Below, one piece after another: positions 50,211-62,772 of a DNA stretch of 64,000 nucleotides. Under the pieces are notes generated by a model that worked only from the letters and a program-made list of their open reading frames with translations, was not told the DNA's origin and ran no database searches. The DNA comes from an uncultured Spirochaetota bacterium (lineage in GTDB: Bacteria; Spirochaetota; Spirochaetia; SZUA-6; Fen-1364), in the NCBI GenBank assembly GCA_963734545.1, contig CAVTHO010000008.1, positions 224,001 through 288,000 of the forward strand, in the 5' to 3' direction. Position 1 is the first letter of the stretch, and the number at the start of each line of letters is the position of its first letter. The position numbers were made by a program, and so were the translations under genes.

Positions 50211-53047
50211 CTACTGCTTTTCCTTTTCCGCCCTCTTGCTCCGCAGACGCGCAATGTACAGGTACGCGGCCAGCTCGGGATCGATCTTCTCCTCCCGCGC
50301 AATGCCCGATATCCTGTGGCGCAGCTTCGTCCTTTCCTCTTCATGGGCCTTCGCGACCATGCCGGTGAGCTCGTCGTAGCTCAGCGCAGAGGGCGCCCGC
50401 CGGGGCCGCAGCAGGGCCGCGAGCCTTGCGCGCGTCCCTTCCGGCAGCACGAGCCTGCGGGCCACGACGTCCAGAAAGAACAGCGCGAGCGCGGCCAGCA
50501 GCAGGTACCGCCAGGCAGCGTTGCCCCCGGACATCCGGCCCGGTTCCCGACGGAGGACCTCGGCAATGGCGGCGTCGTCCTCGGCCGAGGTGATCACTTT
50601 CCCCCCGTGCCGGCGGCGAGCTGGCCGAGGAGCCCGGTGTCCACACCGAGCATCCGATACTCGTCGGAGTACGGAACGCTTGCCGCGAGCGTCAGGGGCG
50701 CCAGGGTCACGTCACCCGCTTTCGCGGACAGCGTGACGGCGTAGTCCCCCACCCGGCCGGCGTCGAAGCCTCCCTCGTAGAGCCCCGGCCCGACCTGGCC
50801 CACCTTGATTTCTGTGCGTTCCCCCTCCGGGCCGAGCACGATGCCGCTCAGCTCCAGGCCATTGACGAATGCGCCGACCGCGTCGTAGGCGTCCACGCGG
50901 ACGGACGCCTTTCCGCGCGATACGTCGATGCGCGGGTGAAGAAACTCACCACCGGAGGGCCGCTCGATCCACCGGACCTGCTGCGCGGCGAATCGGGGAA
51001 ACTGGTCCCAGCCGAGCCACGCCCGGCTCCACCTGCCGCGAAAGTCCGATGTGAAGGCCGCGGTCCTGCCCAGGCCGTAGCGCCACTCGGCCAGGAGCGG
51101 CGCGTCGTAGAGCGCGGAGAGCACCATCTCCGCGCCCGGTTTCATGTAGGTGAGGACAAAGCCGGCAAGACTCGGCATCCCTTCCAGCGAGATGCCGCGG
51201 ATGCTTTCCCCCGCCGACACGGCGCGGGGGAAAAAACTCTTCTCCACGAGGAGCCCCCGGGTCACCAGGGTGGTCTCCGTCATGAATATCTGCGGCACGT
51301 CGCGCGGATCGGCCGTGGCATACGTGCGGCCTCCGCCCCATCGCGCGATGCTCCGCAGCAGCGCCGTGTCGGCGTCCTCTCCCACCGCCACCGTGGAAAC
51401 GCTGATCTTCTCCCGCGCCATCCTGCGGACCAGCTTCTCGAACTCGCCCGGGTTGGTCAGACCGTCCGTCAGGACGATTATGTGCCGCAGGGGAGCGGTG
51501 GCAGAGGAAATGGCCCGGTAGGCCTCCTCCAGGGCGGGGTACATGACGGTGCCGCCGCCCGGCTGGAGAGAGGCCAGGTCCGCGACGATCTGCTGGATGT
51601 CACCCGCGTCGGTAATGGGCACCGTCCATTCCCAGTCCGCGTCGAACGCCAGGAGACCCACCCGGTCGAAGGGGTTGAGCAGCTCGATGGAGGAGAGCGC
51701 GGCGGATTTCACCACGTCGAGCTTCGTCTCCCCGGTGGGCACCGGACTGCTCATGCTGCCCGACTTGTCGATGACGAGGACCAGGGCGACGCGCGGGAGC
51801 TGCACCTGCGACTTCACGTCCATGTCCACGGGAAGAATTCTCTCGATCGGGGTCTTGTAGTACCCGCCGGAGCCGAAGCTGCTCGGACCCCCGATCATCA
51901 GGAGACCGCCGCCCGTGTCGCGCACGTAGTGCGCAATCGTCTCCATCTTCTCATTGGAGATGCCATAGCCGGGCACGTCATCGAGGATGAGCGCGTCGTA
52001 CGGGAGATAGCCCACGAGGGTACCGGGCAGCGCGGCCGGGCTTCGTTCCACCGTGGTGATGCCCTGCGCCGCCAGCGCGGCAAGCAGAGCCGGCGACTCG
52101 TGACCGGGCCGGGCCACGTACAGGACCTGCGGGGGGCCGGTCACTTCCACGAATCGCCGATAGTGATTGTTCTCGGGACTGGCATCGGAAGGGGCCTCGA
52201 CCAGCGCGTCCCACGCCTGCAGGCCCCTCTGCGGGAAGACAGCGGAGAACTGCACCGCGTTCTCCCCCGGCGCGAGCAGGCCTTCCCGCGTCGCCACCGG
52301 CAGACCCTCGCGGAACAGGGTGACCCGGGCCCGGGTTTCCGTTCTGCTGCGCACCATGACGGTCACCTCGTGCGGCTCGCCCTGCCGCACGCGCTCGGGG
52401 GCGCGAATGTCTTCGACGGAGACTTCGCCGCGATTGATCACCGGTCCTGACACGATCCGGGTGGAGAGCGGCGCCGGAAAGATCCTGGCCCCGAGGGACC
52501 GTGCCACGGTGGCAGCCTGCTCCGCGCTGCCCCTGTTTTCATTTCCGTCCGTCAGGAGCACGATCCGGGGCGCTCCGCCCGTCACCTGCGCGAGGCTGAA
52601 CTGGATTGCGCCGCCGATGTCCGTGGCCCCCCCGTCCACTTCGCCGTGCTCACCGGGAAGAGCCGCGCCGGGCGCGAGCGGCTCCAGCTCGGCGTTCGCG
52701 CCGAACCGTGCCAGGTAGGCATTGTCTCCCGCGGCCCCCCATGAACGGCCCGGTCTCAGTCTGCCGCGGATGGCTTCGATGATCTGCGCCGCGCTCGCGC
52801 GCTGCTGGTCGCTGATGCTCCGGGAATCGTCGAGGAGGAAAATGACGGTGAGCTGGTCGGAGAGCCGCGCAAGCCCGAGCCCTCCGAGACCGAGCGCGAG
52901 AAGCGCGATGGCCGCGCTGCGCATGAAAAGAAACGCTCTGCGGCGCGCGGGGGAAAGCTGGCCGGCCCGCAGCGTGCGTGCCGTGATGAAAACGAGGGGC
53001 GGGATGACCAGCAGAACAAGGAGCCAGGCAGGAGACTGGAGGCTCAT
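50211..53047 (-). CDS. Membrane-anchored double-VWA plus GATase1-like domain protein (probable frameshift near 50600)
   Basis: N-terminal BatA-like TM pair, MIDAS motifs DDSRS and DKSGS, VLLTDG, GGGLLMIGG. The break lies at a GGGGGGAAAG run, and the C-terminus is in ORF 50211..50597. Confidence 0.8.
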
Positions 53048-54938
53048 CGCCGGGCCCCTTCCGCTGTTCGCAGCCAGACCAGCCACTCGAGGAGGATCAG
53101 CGCGAGAGCGACGACGGCGAAGACCACCCAGGCGAGCGAGTCCCCGACTGCTCCCGGCGCCGCCGCAGCGGCTCCTGCTCCCGCTGTTCCGCCGGTCTGC
53201 CCCGCGAAGCGCGGCCTCACGTCGGACTCAGCCTCGCTGGACAGGCTGACGGCAAACTCGCTGGCGCTCCCGCCGGTCTCTACGCGATAGTAGCCGACCT
53301 GCGTGGTGTCGAAGAACTCCACCGATTGCCCCGCGGAAGCAACGTGTTCCCGCGCGCCGTCGGGCCTGACCACGGTCAGGGTCGCCGCCGGGCAGCGCGG
53401 AAAGCATGCGGGGGCTTCCTGCCTGCACCTGGTCGGCCTGGACGGTCAGCCAGGAGGGGAAGAACCACGAAAGCGCGTTGGCCAGAAGGAGCGGGAAACC
53501 GGTCCTGAGCGGAAAGTCGGATTGGGCAGGATCAAAGCCGACGAGAAGCACCTTGAGCCCGGGCTGATCCCAGGAGAGCATCAGGGGCGCCTCGTGGGAA
53601 AAGGCAAGCGGCGTAAAGCCAGGCCCGGGTTCCAGGCGGAGAGCGGACCCGATGGTGAGCCCGCTCAGGGAGACTGATTCGAGCAGGGGGTGTGACCGGT
53701 TCCAGCCCGTGACGGCGGGCCGGGGAATCTGACCGGTCGCGTGGACAGGCAGGTTCGGGGGCACTGCCGCGAAGCAGACATAGTTGCCCTCCTCCAGCGG
53801 AGGCGGCTCGACGCCGTCGAATACCACCACATCATCCGCATCCGCGAGCCTGCGGGTTTCCCCGTGCGTGCCGGTCTCATCCGCGAGGCCTGCCGGCCCG
53901 GCCGCGGTGTGCAGGGTGACTCCGGGAAGCGAGCCAAGGGCTTTCTGAAGGAAGAACGAGCCCGGCCCGACGATCAGCACGCGCACGCTCCGGGCCGGTG
54001 CGAAGACGGCGTAGGCGCGATCGTCCACCGGAAAATCGTCCTCGAGCCGGATCCGGGCTTCGATCCTGCCCTTTGTCGACCCCTTCCAGGGAATGCTGAG
54101 GGTCCGCAGCTCGCCTGCCGCGAGACTGACCTCGCGGGATATGACGACGGCGCGTTCCGCGCTGACGGTGAGCGGGACAGAAACAGGGGCCCGGCCGAAA
54201 TTGTGCAGGGCCAGGAACATCTCGTAGGTTTCTTCTCCCGCAAGGGTGCGGCGAAACGAGAGCCCCGTGATGCCCACGTTGTTCCGGGCGGTCCCGACGG
54301 AGAGAATGCGCATCCAGGGAACAGTGGTGTCCAGGTCGCCGAGCGACTCGAAGGCCCCGTCTGTCACCAGGATCACCTGGTCCCCGCGGCGGGCATCACG
54401 CAGGGTAAGGGCGAAAAGCATGCTGTCGCCGGAGATCGCCCGGCTCGTCGGTGGCGGACGCGCTCTGGATTGCCCGGCGGAGCACGTCCCGATTTGCGGT
54501 AAACGGAACTGCCAGACGCGGGGAACGCGCCGCCGTGATCAGCGCCATGCGCGCGCCCCGGCGCAGCCCGCCCAGGACGTCCATGGCGCGCGCCCGGGCC
54601 AGCTCGAAACGCGTGCGGGCGCCTTCCCTGGTCTGCATGCTCGCCGTGCTGTCCAGCACGAGCACCGTGTCGCCGGCCGCAGCATACCCGCGGCCCGGGA
54701 AGCGCGGCCCGGCGAGCGCAACGGACAGCAGCGTCACGGCCAGCACCTCCAGGATCAGGCTGAGGTTCTTCAGCAGCCTCCTGATGCGCAGGCTGGTGCG
54801 CCTCTCCCGCAGCACCTCGTTCCAGAACACGAGGGACGAGACCGGCGTGTGCCGCCAGCGCACCGCAATGCTGTGGAGGATCACGATCAATGGGAGGAGA
54901 CCGAGAAGGAGGAGCCAGAGCGGCGCGGCGAAGCTCAT
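53044..54938 (-). CDS. BatA/VWA-domain protein (frameshifts near 54430 and 53385)
   Basis: MSFAAPLWLLLLGLLPLIVILH, VSSLVFW, LAGP, LDSTASM, VTDG, SDFPL, C-terminal LLEW TM. Confidence 0.8.
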
Positions 54939-55829
54939 CGGGAGTGCAGGTGCGCCCCCTGGCGGAGGTACTTCAGAACGACCTCTTCAAAGGGCACGAT
55001 CGTGGCGGTGCGCAGGTACTCGATGCGGTTCTTGAGACAGAACTCTTCCACGCCGCCGAAAAACTCGGTCACGCGCCGCCGATAGGCCGCCCGCATCGGC
55101 TTGTCCACGGCCACGGCAAGCTCCCGCCCGGTCTCCATGTCGGTGAGCCGCAGCGTCCCCTCCTCCCGGGGAGCGATCTCGTCCCGGTCCAGCACGTGGA
55201 CCAGCACGACATCGAAGTCGCGGAACAGGAGGGCGCGGAGACCGCGGCGGTAACCCTGGAAGGACTCGTCCATGAGGTCCGTGATGACGATTGCCAGGCC
55301 CGGGTTGCGGGAGCGCAGCGCGTAGTCCTCCAGGGACCGCGAAATGTCCGTGCCTCCTCCGGCCTTGATCCTGCTCATGTATTCCAGCAGGTGGAAGAGC
55401 TGCGCGCGGCCCCGGCGGGGCGCGAGCGCTCCCCCCAGGCCCGCGGCGAACGTGGTCACGCCCACCCGGTCCAGGGAGCCGATCCCCACGTAGCCGAGCG
55501 CGGCAGCCAGCCGGCGCGCATAGTCGATCTTCGCGCGGAGTGCCGTAGGACATGGACGCGCTCGCGTCGAGCAGCACGTGCACGGTGAGGTCCTCCTCCT
55601 CCGCGTACAGCCGCACGAACAGCCGGTCCAGCCGGCCGAATATGCTCCAGTCGATCGAGCGGAAGTCGTCCCCGGGCTGGTAGGTGCGATAGTCGGCGAA
55701 GTCGAGGCTGGTCCCGCGGCGCGGGGAGGCGTGCGCGCCCCGGGTATCCCCGCGGTAGATCCGTGCGCGAGACAAAGGAAAGGTATTCGAGCTTGCGGAG
55801 GAACTCGTGGTCGAAAAGCTCCCGGTCCA

Positions 55830-55830
<1 letters not shown>
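54935..55830 (-). CDS. DUF58-domain protein (frameshifts near 55770 and 55535)
   Basis: DFADYRTYQPGDDFRSIDW, LLDASASM, LRLTDMETG. Confidence 0.88.
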
Positions 55831-56850
<1,020 letters not shown>

Positions 56851-56866
56851 ACATCCTCCGGTCTTT

Positions 56867-58342
56867 TTAATGCCGGGAATCGCCCTCGGAAACCCCGATG
56901 ATCGTGAAGTAGCTCTTCACGTATTCCTTCAGCTTCGGCGGGACCTCCTCCCGGGTCAGCGCGCTTTCCGCCGCCTGCGCGTACTGTCTCAGCACCTTGT
57001 CCTCCGGCAGCCGCGAGCCGCTCCACTCCGGGAGCGCCCGCACGAGGAACTTCGTCGACTCCCCTTCGCCGGGCGCTGCGTCCGTCTTCAGAGGGCTGCC
57101 CCGTCCGCCCTGCGCGATCCTCGACGGCGGTCCCCTGGTGTCAGGGACTGGCAGCAGGCCGGGGGCCCCCGCGGGCGCTTTTTTTCCTTGATCATTCGGA
57201 TCCAGGTCCGGTGCTGCATCCGCTCCCGCTTCCCGGCGGCAGGTTGCCCTGCCCCTTTCCCGACTGGTCGCTGCCGGGAGGAAGAACACCGCTGCCCGGG
57301 CTCGCGCGGAGGCGCCTGCGGTCCCTGCGCAAAGGAGGGCGGCTCCCCCCCTTCGGTGCCAGGGGGAGGTGGCGGAGCCCTGGCCCTGCCGCAGACGCTT
57401 CAACGCGTCTCCCATGTCCTTCAGGTCCTGGGCTCCCTGTTCTTCCTCCGGCGATGGCGCGGCAAATCCTTCTCCTCTGCCCGTTCCCGACCTGTTCGCC
57501 CCCGTCGGATCCCCGGCCCCTGACGGACCGCGGCCGCCTCCCCGCGGCTCTCCCAGCCTGAAGGCCCGCAGCCGCAGGTCATATTCGGCAACAAGCCGTC
57601 GCTCGAGGTCGGACATGCGATCAAGGGCTTCGTCTTTCCGGATGGCTCCCTGCGCGAGATCCCTCCCGAGCTTGGCGAGCTCCTGGGCAAGGGCAAGGCT
57701 CCGCCCGAGGTTCTGTGACCGCGCCGAGTCCTGCAGGCGCTGGCCGTAGCTCTGCAGATCTTCGCCGATCATGGCAAGCTCGCCCATGCCGGCGCGCCGT
57801 GCCGCGAAAAGCCCGCGCAGGTCGAAGGGAAATATCAGCGCGAGCGCGATGAGCGCGGCGAGAGCAGGCACGAACGGGAGCAGAGGAAGCCGCAGCGCGC
57901 CCAGAATCCGGCGCGGACTCGACCGGGCCATGAGATCCGCGGCCTCGTCGATGACCGCCTCCGAGAAGGTCTCCCCCCAGGGAGTGTCGACCAGTTCGAA
58001 AGCAGTGCTGGCGAGCTCCCTGCTGCCCAGGGACCGGTCGGCGCTGATGAGGAGGCGCCGCACGTCGATCCGATGAAAAAGCGCAAGGAGAATGCCCGCA
58101 AGAGTTCCGATGGCCGCCGCGCAGCCCGTGATTGCCGGGGCCGGAAAGGGCAGAGAGAATGTCCCTGCGAGCGCGGCAGCCACGAGCCCGGGAAGGAGTC
58201 CGATGAAAAGCCCTTCCGAAGCCCGACGCAGGATGAGGTCCCGTCGTGCGTGCAGCACGAGCCTCCTCACGCGCGCCCCGAATTCCGCGCGTGCGGTTCC
58301 CTGTGCTGCCTCAGTGCGTCTCGCTCTTCCCTGGCCGTTCAC
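56867..58342 (-). CDS. Hypothetical membrane protein with a coiled-coil, low-complexity C-terminus
   Basis: N-terminal TMs and a C-terminal EEVPPKLKEYVKSYF motif of the kind seen next to MoxR genes; possible internal compensating frameshift. Confidence 0.65.
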   Translation of the reverse strand: MNGQGRARRTEAAQGTARAEFGARVRRLVLHARRDLILRRASEGLFIGLLPGLVAAALAGTFSLPFPAPAITGCAAAIGTLAGILLALFHRIDVRRLLISADRSLGSRELASTAFELVDTPWGETFSEAVIDEAADLMARSSPRRILGALRLPLLPFVPALAALIALALIFPFDLRGLFAARRAGMGELAMIGEDLQSYGQRLQDSARSQNLGRSLALAQELAKLGRDLAQGAIRKDEALDRMSDLERRLVAEYDLRLRAFRLGEPRGGGRGPSGAGDPTGANRSGTGRGEGFAAPSPEEEQGAQDLKDMGDALKRLRQGQGSATSPWHRRGGAALLCAGTAGASARARAAVFFLPAATSRERGRATCRREAGADAAPDLDPNDQGKKAPAGAPGLLPVPDTRGPPSRIAQGGRGSPLKTDAAPGEGESTKFLVRALPEWSGSRLPEDKVLRQYAQAAESALTREEVPPKLKEYVKSYFTIIGVSEGDSRH

Positions 58343-59097
58343 GACTTCTTATTGCTCCCAGGCTGGCAAAGGCGGTCCCCGCGAGCAGGAGCGCTGCCAG
58401 CACGCTCATGATAACGGAAAGCGAGAAAAAGGGAATGGAGCCGACGGGGAGGCTGATCGGCGCCGACGGCGGTCCCGTCCCGGGTGAGGATGCTCAGGAT
58501 GGCCACGATCGGATTTACCGAGGGAACAACAAGGGCGCTGACCACGAGAAACATGATGATGCCCACGGCGAGGGTCACGTCGCGCGCGCCCTGCCGTTCC
58601 AGCAGGGCGAGGGTCAGGAGCCCGTACATCCTGACGGCGAAAGTGGCGGCGCCGATCACCAGCAGGGCCGGAAGGATCAGAGACAGGCCCCCGCCGCTGA
58701 CAGCGAGCGATGCGAGGAGGAAGGGGGCGCCCAGGGCGAGGAGGAACAGGGTGTGGAGCAGCGCAAATACCGCCTTGCCGGCCACAAGCGAGGCAAGTGA
58801 GACAGGGGTGAGGAGAGCATACTCGCGCAGCCGCACCTGCGCCTCCGGAGAGAAACCCTCCGAGCCGTAGCGCGCGCCCAGGTAGGTCAGGCAGAAGTAC
58901 AGGCCGATAGCGACGGACGTGAAGGTTCCCGGGAAGGCACCGGTGCGCACGACGACATCGAAGCTCACGCGGGGCCACCAGAGAAGCAGCGCCACGCCGG
59001 CCACGCCCACCAGGGCGAGATAGGAGTGAAGAATGGTCTGCTGCGTGAAGTAGGTTTTCAGCCCTTCGTCCATGAAGGGATTGCGGGCGATCCTCAT
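58339..59097 (-). CDS. ABC-2-type permease-like membrane protein (3' end uncertain)
   Basis: MRIARNPF start, LTPVSLASLVAGK motif, multiple TMs; ATGA overlap with the upstream gene. Confidence 0.6.
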   Translation of the reverse strand: MRIARNPFMDEGLKTYFTQQTILHSYLALVGVAGVALLLWWPRVSFDVVVRTGAFPGTFTSVAIGLYFCLTYLGARYGSEGFSPEAQVRLREYALLTPVSLASLVAGKAVFALLHTLFLLALGAPFLLASLAVSGGGLSLILPALLVIGAATFAVRMYGLLTLALLERQGARDVTLAVGIIMFLVVSALVVPSVNPIVAILSILTRDGTAVGADQPPRRLHSLFLAFRYHERAGSAPARGDRLCQPGSNKKS

Positions 59098-61048
59098 CGC
59101 GCCTGCACCACGATCAGGGAGAGCGCGGGCCGATCCGGCAGCCAGCCGGCGCCGGCAAGGACCCGGGGGATCACGGGGCCCTCCATCCATCCGACAAGGA
59201 GGTTCGACCCGCTGGATGAGCGCGAGGGACCCTTTACCGGCTCCCCTTCGGCCTGGTCAAAGAATGAGGCTCTGCGGGCGTCCCCCGTGATCCGCTGCCA
59301 CGACTCTGGATCTCCCATCGAGAGGCCGTCGACCGTCGCGAACGTCCGCGTGACCGTCTCAAGAGGCGCAACGTCCCCCACCGGGTAGCCGCGGCCGGCG
59401 TGCAGGAGGAAGCATCGCCGCAGAAGGCGCGCCGAGCCATTGGAAACAGTGAGCGTGAAGGAAGGCCTCGCCGCCGCTCACGCGGGCCTCGAGGGGCATG
59501 GGGATGACGGCATTGAGCACGAGCAACCGGCTTCCGTACCTGCCGAGCGAGATGCTGCCGAGGATCGTCTCCCGGCTGGTGTCCACGGTGAAGCCCGGGT
59601 TCGGAGCGCGCAGACCGCGCGTCGGGACACTCATGGTGACTGACTCGTCCACCGCCACGTCGGCCGTGCCCAGGGAGATCTCGGCGGAACCTGCCTGCAC
59701 GGCGAACAGCCCGACCTTTTCCGTGACGCGCGCCATGCCGTCCCCTGAGGCCATATCCAATCTCGCCGCGTCCAGCATGCGGGCGTCCGGCCGGAAGAGC
59801 TCCTGATTGAAAAGCAGCCAGCCTGCGCACCACGCGGCAGCCACGACGCACAGGAGCAGCACGAGGCGCGATTGCGCGGCGAGCCTGCGCAAAAACCGAG
59901 CGCTGAGAAGAGGCACGAGCAGCACGAGGTAGCCCCCGACAAAGGCCAGCACGGCGATCGACGACGGAAACCGCAGGGGCGGGTTTGCGAGGAGAGGTCT
60001 CATCCACGGATCGTCCGCCGCGCTGCCGATGGAGGCGCCCAGGACGGGTTGTCGATCATTTTCCGCCAGCCGCCGCCACAAGGCAAGCGATCCCGTCCAG
60101 GAATCCAGCGGCGCGAGCGTAGGGTCGAATGCGGTGAACCAGATGACCCCCCGGCCGAGCCGGCGCTGCACGAGAATGGGGATCCCCTCCTGGGACGAGA
60201 GGACGACCCCCGTGGTGACTCTTGACGCTGCAATGTATCATCTTTCCGCGCGGGCCCCGGCGGACCCCCAGAAACGCGGCAAGGGAAGGCAGATCGTCGC
60301 GTTCACGCAGGTCGGTGACCTCCACCGGGAGCAGCCGCCCCAGGCCCGCGCCGGCGTGCTGGAGGGCGTCCGTGCCCCCGGTGAACACGAGGGATCCGCC
60401 CGTCACGACCCATCGCTCGAGGGCGGCGACCTGCGCGGCGCGGAGCTGCTGGAATGCCGTGTCGTGCACCACGACCATGTCCACCGCGTCGTAGCCGGCC
60501 CAGGATTCAGGAAGATCGTCCACCCGGGGATACACGAGGCGCACGGCCTCGTTCGGGCCGGAGAGCGCGCTCACCATATCCAGCGAGAGCTCGCTGCTGA
60601 TTCCGGCCACGAGACGGTCGGTGGTGGCGAGGGTGCGCAGGTCCACCTCCTGGCGGGCGATCTCCACGCCGTCCGCGGAGACCGCAACCTTGAGGGATCG
60701 GGCGCCGCGCGCAAGGGGAACCACGAACGGGATCCTCCGCGTGACGCCTCCGGGCAGAAACGCCTGGCGCGTGAAGGAGCGCTGCGTCACCACGCCGCGG
60801 AGGCCGCCCCACGTCACCTCCACCCGCACGAGCGCCTGGAGCTTCGCCCCCGAGTTCTCGACGCTCACCAGCAGGGGCGTAAAGCGTCCCTCCCGGATCA
60901 CGCCGTTCCAGCCGAGCAGGGTGTCGCAGCGCACGGATGAGGCGGACTGCGCGGGCAGGGATGCGGCCAGAATGAGCAGCAGCGAGATGAGCGGCAGGGA
61001 CGGCGCGAGCCTACCGGCCCGGGCTGCCCTGTGTGGTGAGGACCTCAA
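59094..61048 (-). CDS. Large secreted/membrane protein with a GATase-like domain (frameshifts near 60210 and 59400)
   Basis: Signal peptide, LPESWAGYDAVD, ALERWVVTGGSLV, LLPV and internal TMs, spread over ORFs 60056..61216, 59359..60171 and 59094..59381. Start inferred at TTG 61048. Confidence 0.6.
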
Positions 61049-61467
61049 TGATGAACGACCTCTCGGAAGCGGCACCTGTCTTCCGGCGCGTGAAAAGGTA
61101 CAGCACGCCGAATGCCCCGAAGAAAAACAGCGTGGCGACCACGATCCCCGACGCCATTGACGCCGAGGGGACCCCCAGCTCGGTGGGTATGGCGCTGCCC
61201 GCGGCGTATCCGGCAAAGAGGAGCGCCACGGGGAACACGAAAAGCAGAAGCAGCATGGTCACAGGCGCGGCCCCTTCCGTGCGCACCCTCACGACGTCGC
61301 CGGCGCGGACGCCGAGCCGGTCTCTCACACCGGGCAATGATAAAATACTCCTTTTCAGAAAACCTGCAGGCGCAGCACTCTCCACACTCCCGGGACCGCT
61401 CGATGCGCACCCGTGCCGCTCCCCGGCCTCCGTCGATGACCACCCCGCGTTCCTCGATTGCCCTCAT
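61011..61467 (-). CDS. RseC/MucC-family membrane protein (frameshift near 61335)
   Basis: MRAIEERGVV, Cys cluster CGECCAC, GVRAGDVV, then two TMs (LFVFPVALLFAG). Confidence 0.75.
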
Positions 61468-61472
61468 GCCGC

Positions 61473-61985
61473 TCACGAGATCCGCTCCTGCACCCGCGAG
61501 TCGAGCATTGCATCACCGTCGAAGATGAAATATCCGCGGAAGCGCCTTCCCTGGAGAAGGAGGGGAAGCCACAGCACGTCGTCTGCCCACATCTTCTCAT
61601 ACGGGATGCTGTCCAGGGCGGTCCAGAGAGGGGCTGCCTCGTGCGTTTCACACAATTCCCCTTCGAAGCCCGTGCCCGTGAAGACGACGCCGTGCAGCGC
61701 ATACCCGTCGACAAACTGGAAAAAGAGCTCTCCCGCCTCCCGCACGCCGGTGGGTGTCACGCAGAGCTCCTCCCGCACTTCGCGGATGGCGCACTGCCGG
61801 GGAGTCTCACCCGGATCGATGCGTCCGCCGGGGCCGTTGATCTTGCCGGCACCCAGCCCCGTCTTCTTGTGGATGAGGAGGATCTGGCCGTCGCGCAGGA
61901 CGAACAGCAGGGTCGCCTTTTCGGTGGGCACCCAGGACGCCCAGTCGATCTCACTCACCCTGCGCGCGTTCGCCTGCGGGCCCAT
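61473..61985 (-). CDS. NUDIX hydrolase, MTH1-like 8-oxo-dGTP diphosphatase
   Basis: Nudix box GGRIDPGETPRQCAIREVREE, KKTGLGAGKING, IPYEKMWADD. Confidence 0.88.
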   Translation of the reverse strand: MGPQANARRVSEIDWASWVPTEKATLLFVLRDGQILLIHKKTGLGAGKINGPGGRIDPGETPRQCAIREVREELCVTPTGVREAGELFFQFVDGYALHGVVFTGTGFEGELCETHEAAPLWTALDSIPYEKMWADDVLWLPLLLQGRRFRGYFIFDGDAMLDSRVQERIS

Positions 61986-61994
61986 AGGATTCTT

Positions 61995-62023
61995 ACCTTA
62001 TCGAATCGCCCGCGTGTTTTCAA
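61995..62023 (-). promoter_or_regulatory. Promoter of the NUDIX-RseC-MoxR operon
   Basis: TTGAAA-17 bp-TAAGGT, 9 nt before ATG 61985. Confidence 0.5.
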
Positions 62024-62060
62024 TCCCGGTGCCGCCGCGGGCACGTCGGCACTTTTTTTG

Positions 62061-62089
62061 TTGCATTCCCGCGAGGCCGGGTTTATACT
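62061..62089 (+). promoter_or_regulatory. sigma70 promoter with no conventional downstream CDS
   Basis: TTGCAT-17 bp-TATACT, preceded by a T-tract (UP-like). Confidence 0.65.
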
Positions 62090-62093
62090 GCGC

Positions 62094-62213
62094 GCGATGA
62101 AGTATCTTCATCGCCGAAGGGGATTGTGAGAAGCAGGGGCCTCCTGATGGAGGTTGCAGGTCTCTCGTAGAGAGTCACCTCAAAATGCGCCTCTCACATC
62201 CCCTTCCACTTTT
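62094..62213 (+). ncRNA. Candidate structured small RNA of unrecognised family
   Basis: A 5' hairpin (62094-62114), a 15-bp closing stem (62116-62131 with 62192-62206) enclosing two hairpins, and a 3' TTTT; lies directly downstream of a promoter. Confidence 0.5.
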
Positions 62214-62746
62214 CAGAACAATCCAATGTTCCTTGCGAGCCGGGGTATCTCACTCGGCGTGAAAATGTGCCTTCCCGAGACCACCTGGAGAATCGTGAGC
62301 AGCGCGACCACCGCGAGAAACACGCTTCGTGTCACGAGGTGGGAAAAACCGCGAGTGACGAGCAGGGAGAAAAGCCAGGCCAGGCCCGCGGCGGCGGCAA
62401 CCGCGACTGCGGACAGAATGCACCCTGCCAGAAACAAAACTGCTGAACCGCGGCCCAGGAGACGGAATGCCAGATCGAAACCGAACCGGGTCCCGGTTGC
62501 ATAGCCGAGCAGGAAAACCAGCAGGAGGCACACCGCAATTCGAATGAAGATGCGCGGACCCCGGCCCGCCGTGGCCGCTCCCAGGAGGGCGGCTGCGACC
62601 AGGAGAAGGTCGACCGAGGGGGCAAGAAGGGAAGATAGCGGGGCGGCGGGAGACCAGCCGGGCAGATTGATGAGGAGGTCGAACAGGAACAATCCAGCGA
62701 TGAGCCCCGCGATGCCACGGGGCACCGTGGCGCAACCAGAATCCAC
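62213..62746 (-). CDS. Hypothetical membrane protein
   Basis: About five hydrophobic segments; co-oriented with and directly after the GNAT gene. Confidence 0.6.
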   Translation of the reverse strand: MDSGCATVPRGIAGLIAGLFLFDLLINLPGWSPAAPLSSLLAPSVDLLLVAAALLGAATAGRGPRIFIRIAVCLLLVFLLGYATGTRFGFDLAFRLLGRGSAVLFLAGCILSAVAVAAAAGLAWLFSLLVTRGFSHLVTRSVFLAVVALLTILQVVSGRHIFTPSEIPRLARNIGLF

Positions 62747-62772
62747 GGGGTACAGTGGCGCTCTCGATGCGC

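Noticed and set aside
50594-50610. Programmed frameshift or genuinely split VWA gene
   Set aside because: The break lies in a homopolymer run in a sequence with many such errors, so sequencing error is the simpler explanation.
62094-62213. tRNA-Sec, tmRNA, SRP, 6S, hammerhead or a simple terminator
   Set aside because: No T-loop or CCA end, no SRP GGAA/AGCAG motif, CTGATGG rather than CTGATGA, too short for 6S, and too complex and promoter-linked for a plain terminator. Kept only as an unassigned candidate.
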